IMG/VR virus record: IMGVR_UViG_2934051868_000003
Coordinates: 29,878 to 93,877 of that record
Source: a virus
Taxonomy: Duplodnaviria; Caudoviricetes
DNA: 64,000 nt
Strand: one strand, 5' to 3'
Below the pieces are notes generated by a model, which worked only from the letters and a program-made list of their open reading frames with translations, was not told the DNA's origin and did not search any database. The translations under genes and the position numbers were made by a program. Each line of letters starts with the position of its first letter. Within the stretch, counting starts at the first letter, position 1. Positions 63,738 through 64,000 of the stretch are shown one piece after another.

Positions 63738-64000
63738 GCCGCCACCCCCGGCGACACGCCCTCGGCGGCCAGGCTTTCCGCCGCCGCGATGTCCTCCGGA
63801 AGCGCGAACCGCTCCCGCAACACCACCGGATCACACGTGCCGTAACACTCCACCAGCTCGCTACGGGTCATCGGCGTCGACAGGGCACGCTCCACCCCGG
63901 CGGCGATCTCCGCCACCAGGGCGGCAGTCCAGGCATCCGTGTCAGACGGGCCGGGAAGTGTCCGGCCGGGGTAGGGCTGTACCGTTGTCGTTGAAGTCAT
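63734..64000 (-). CDS. Hypothetical protein at the window edge
   Basis: ORF with ATG at 64000. Confidence 0.5.
   Translation of the reverse strand: MTSTTTVQPYPGRTLPGPSDTDAWTAALVAEIAAGVERALSTPMTRSELVECYGTCDPVVLRERFALPEDIAAAESLAAEGVSPGVAA

Overview
The whole window is a high-GC temperate-type siphovirus genome or prophage of an actinomycete, probably a filamentous one such as Micromonosporaceae (inferred from GC content, WhiB, and host-like DnaB/DnaN). Almost all genes are on the minus strand. Reading from the right end, it holds early and accessory genes (VUT-family queuosine-precursor transporter, DpdA/TGT-like protein, PP-loop protein), RecE/RecT, WhiB, two sliding-clamp homologues, replication initiator, loader and DnaB, TerS/TerL, portal-MuF, a protease-2H-scaffold fusion, capsid, fibre genes, tail genes with a -1 frameshift, tape measure and lysis genes. 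No integrase, tRNA or CRISPR array was seen. The strongest candidate for a new system is a transposase-free RHH + TnpB + omegaRNA cassette next to the major tail gene. It is bounded by an 8-bp direct repeat. Its predicted guide lies inside the insertion and matches a site in the neighbouring major tail gene at 11/15 nt, with two mismatches at the TAM-proximal end. This fits an RNA-guided free-standing homing or phage-competition nuclease. Other notable items are a splicing-dead intein acting as a free-standing LAGLIDADG gene, several self-regulated regulator-plus-nuclease cassettes, a terminase with a second degenerate nuclease domain, and a 2H phosphoesterase inside the prohead protease. All family calls come from motif recognition by eye; no database search was run.
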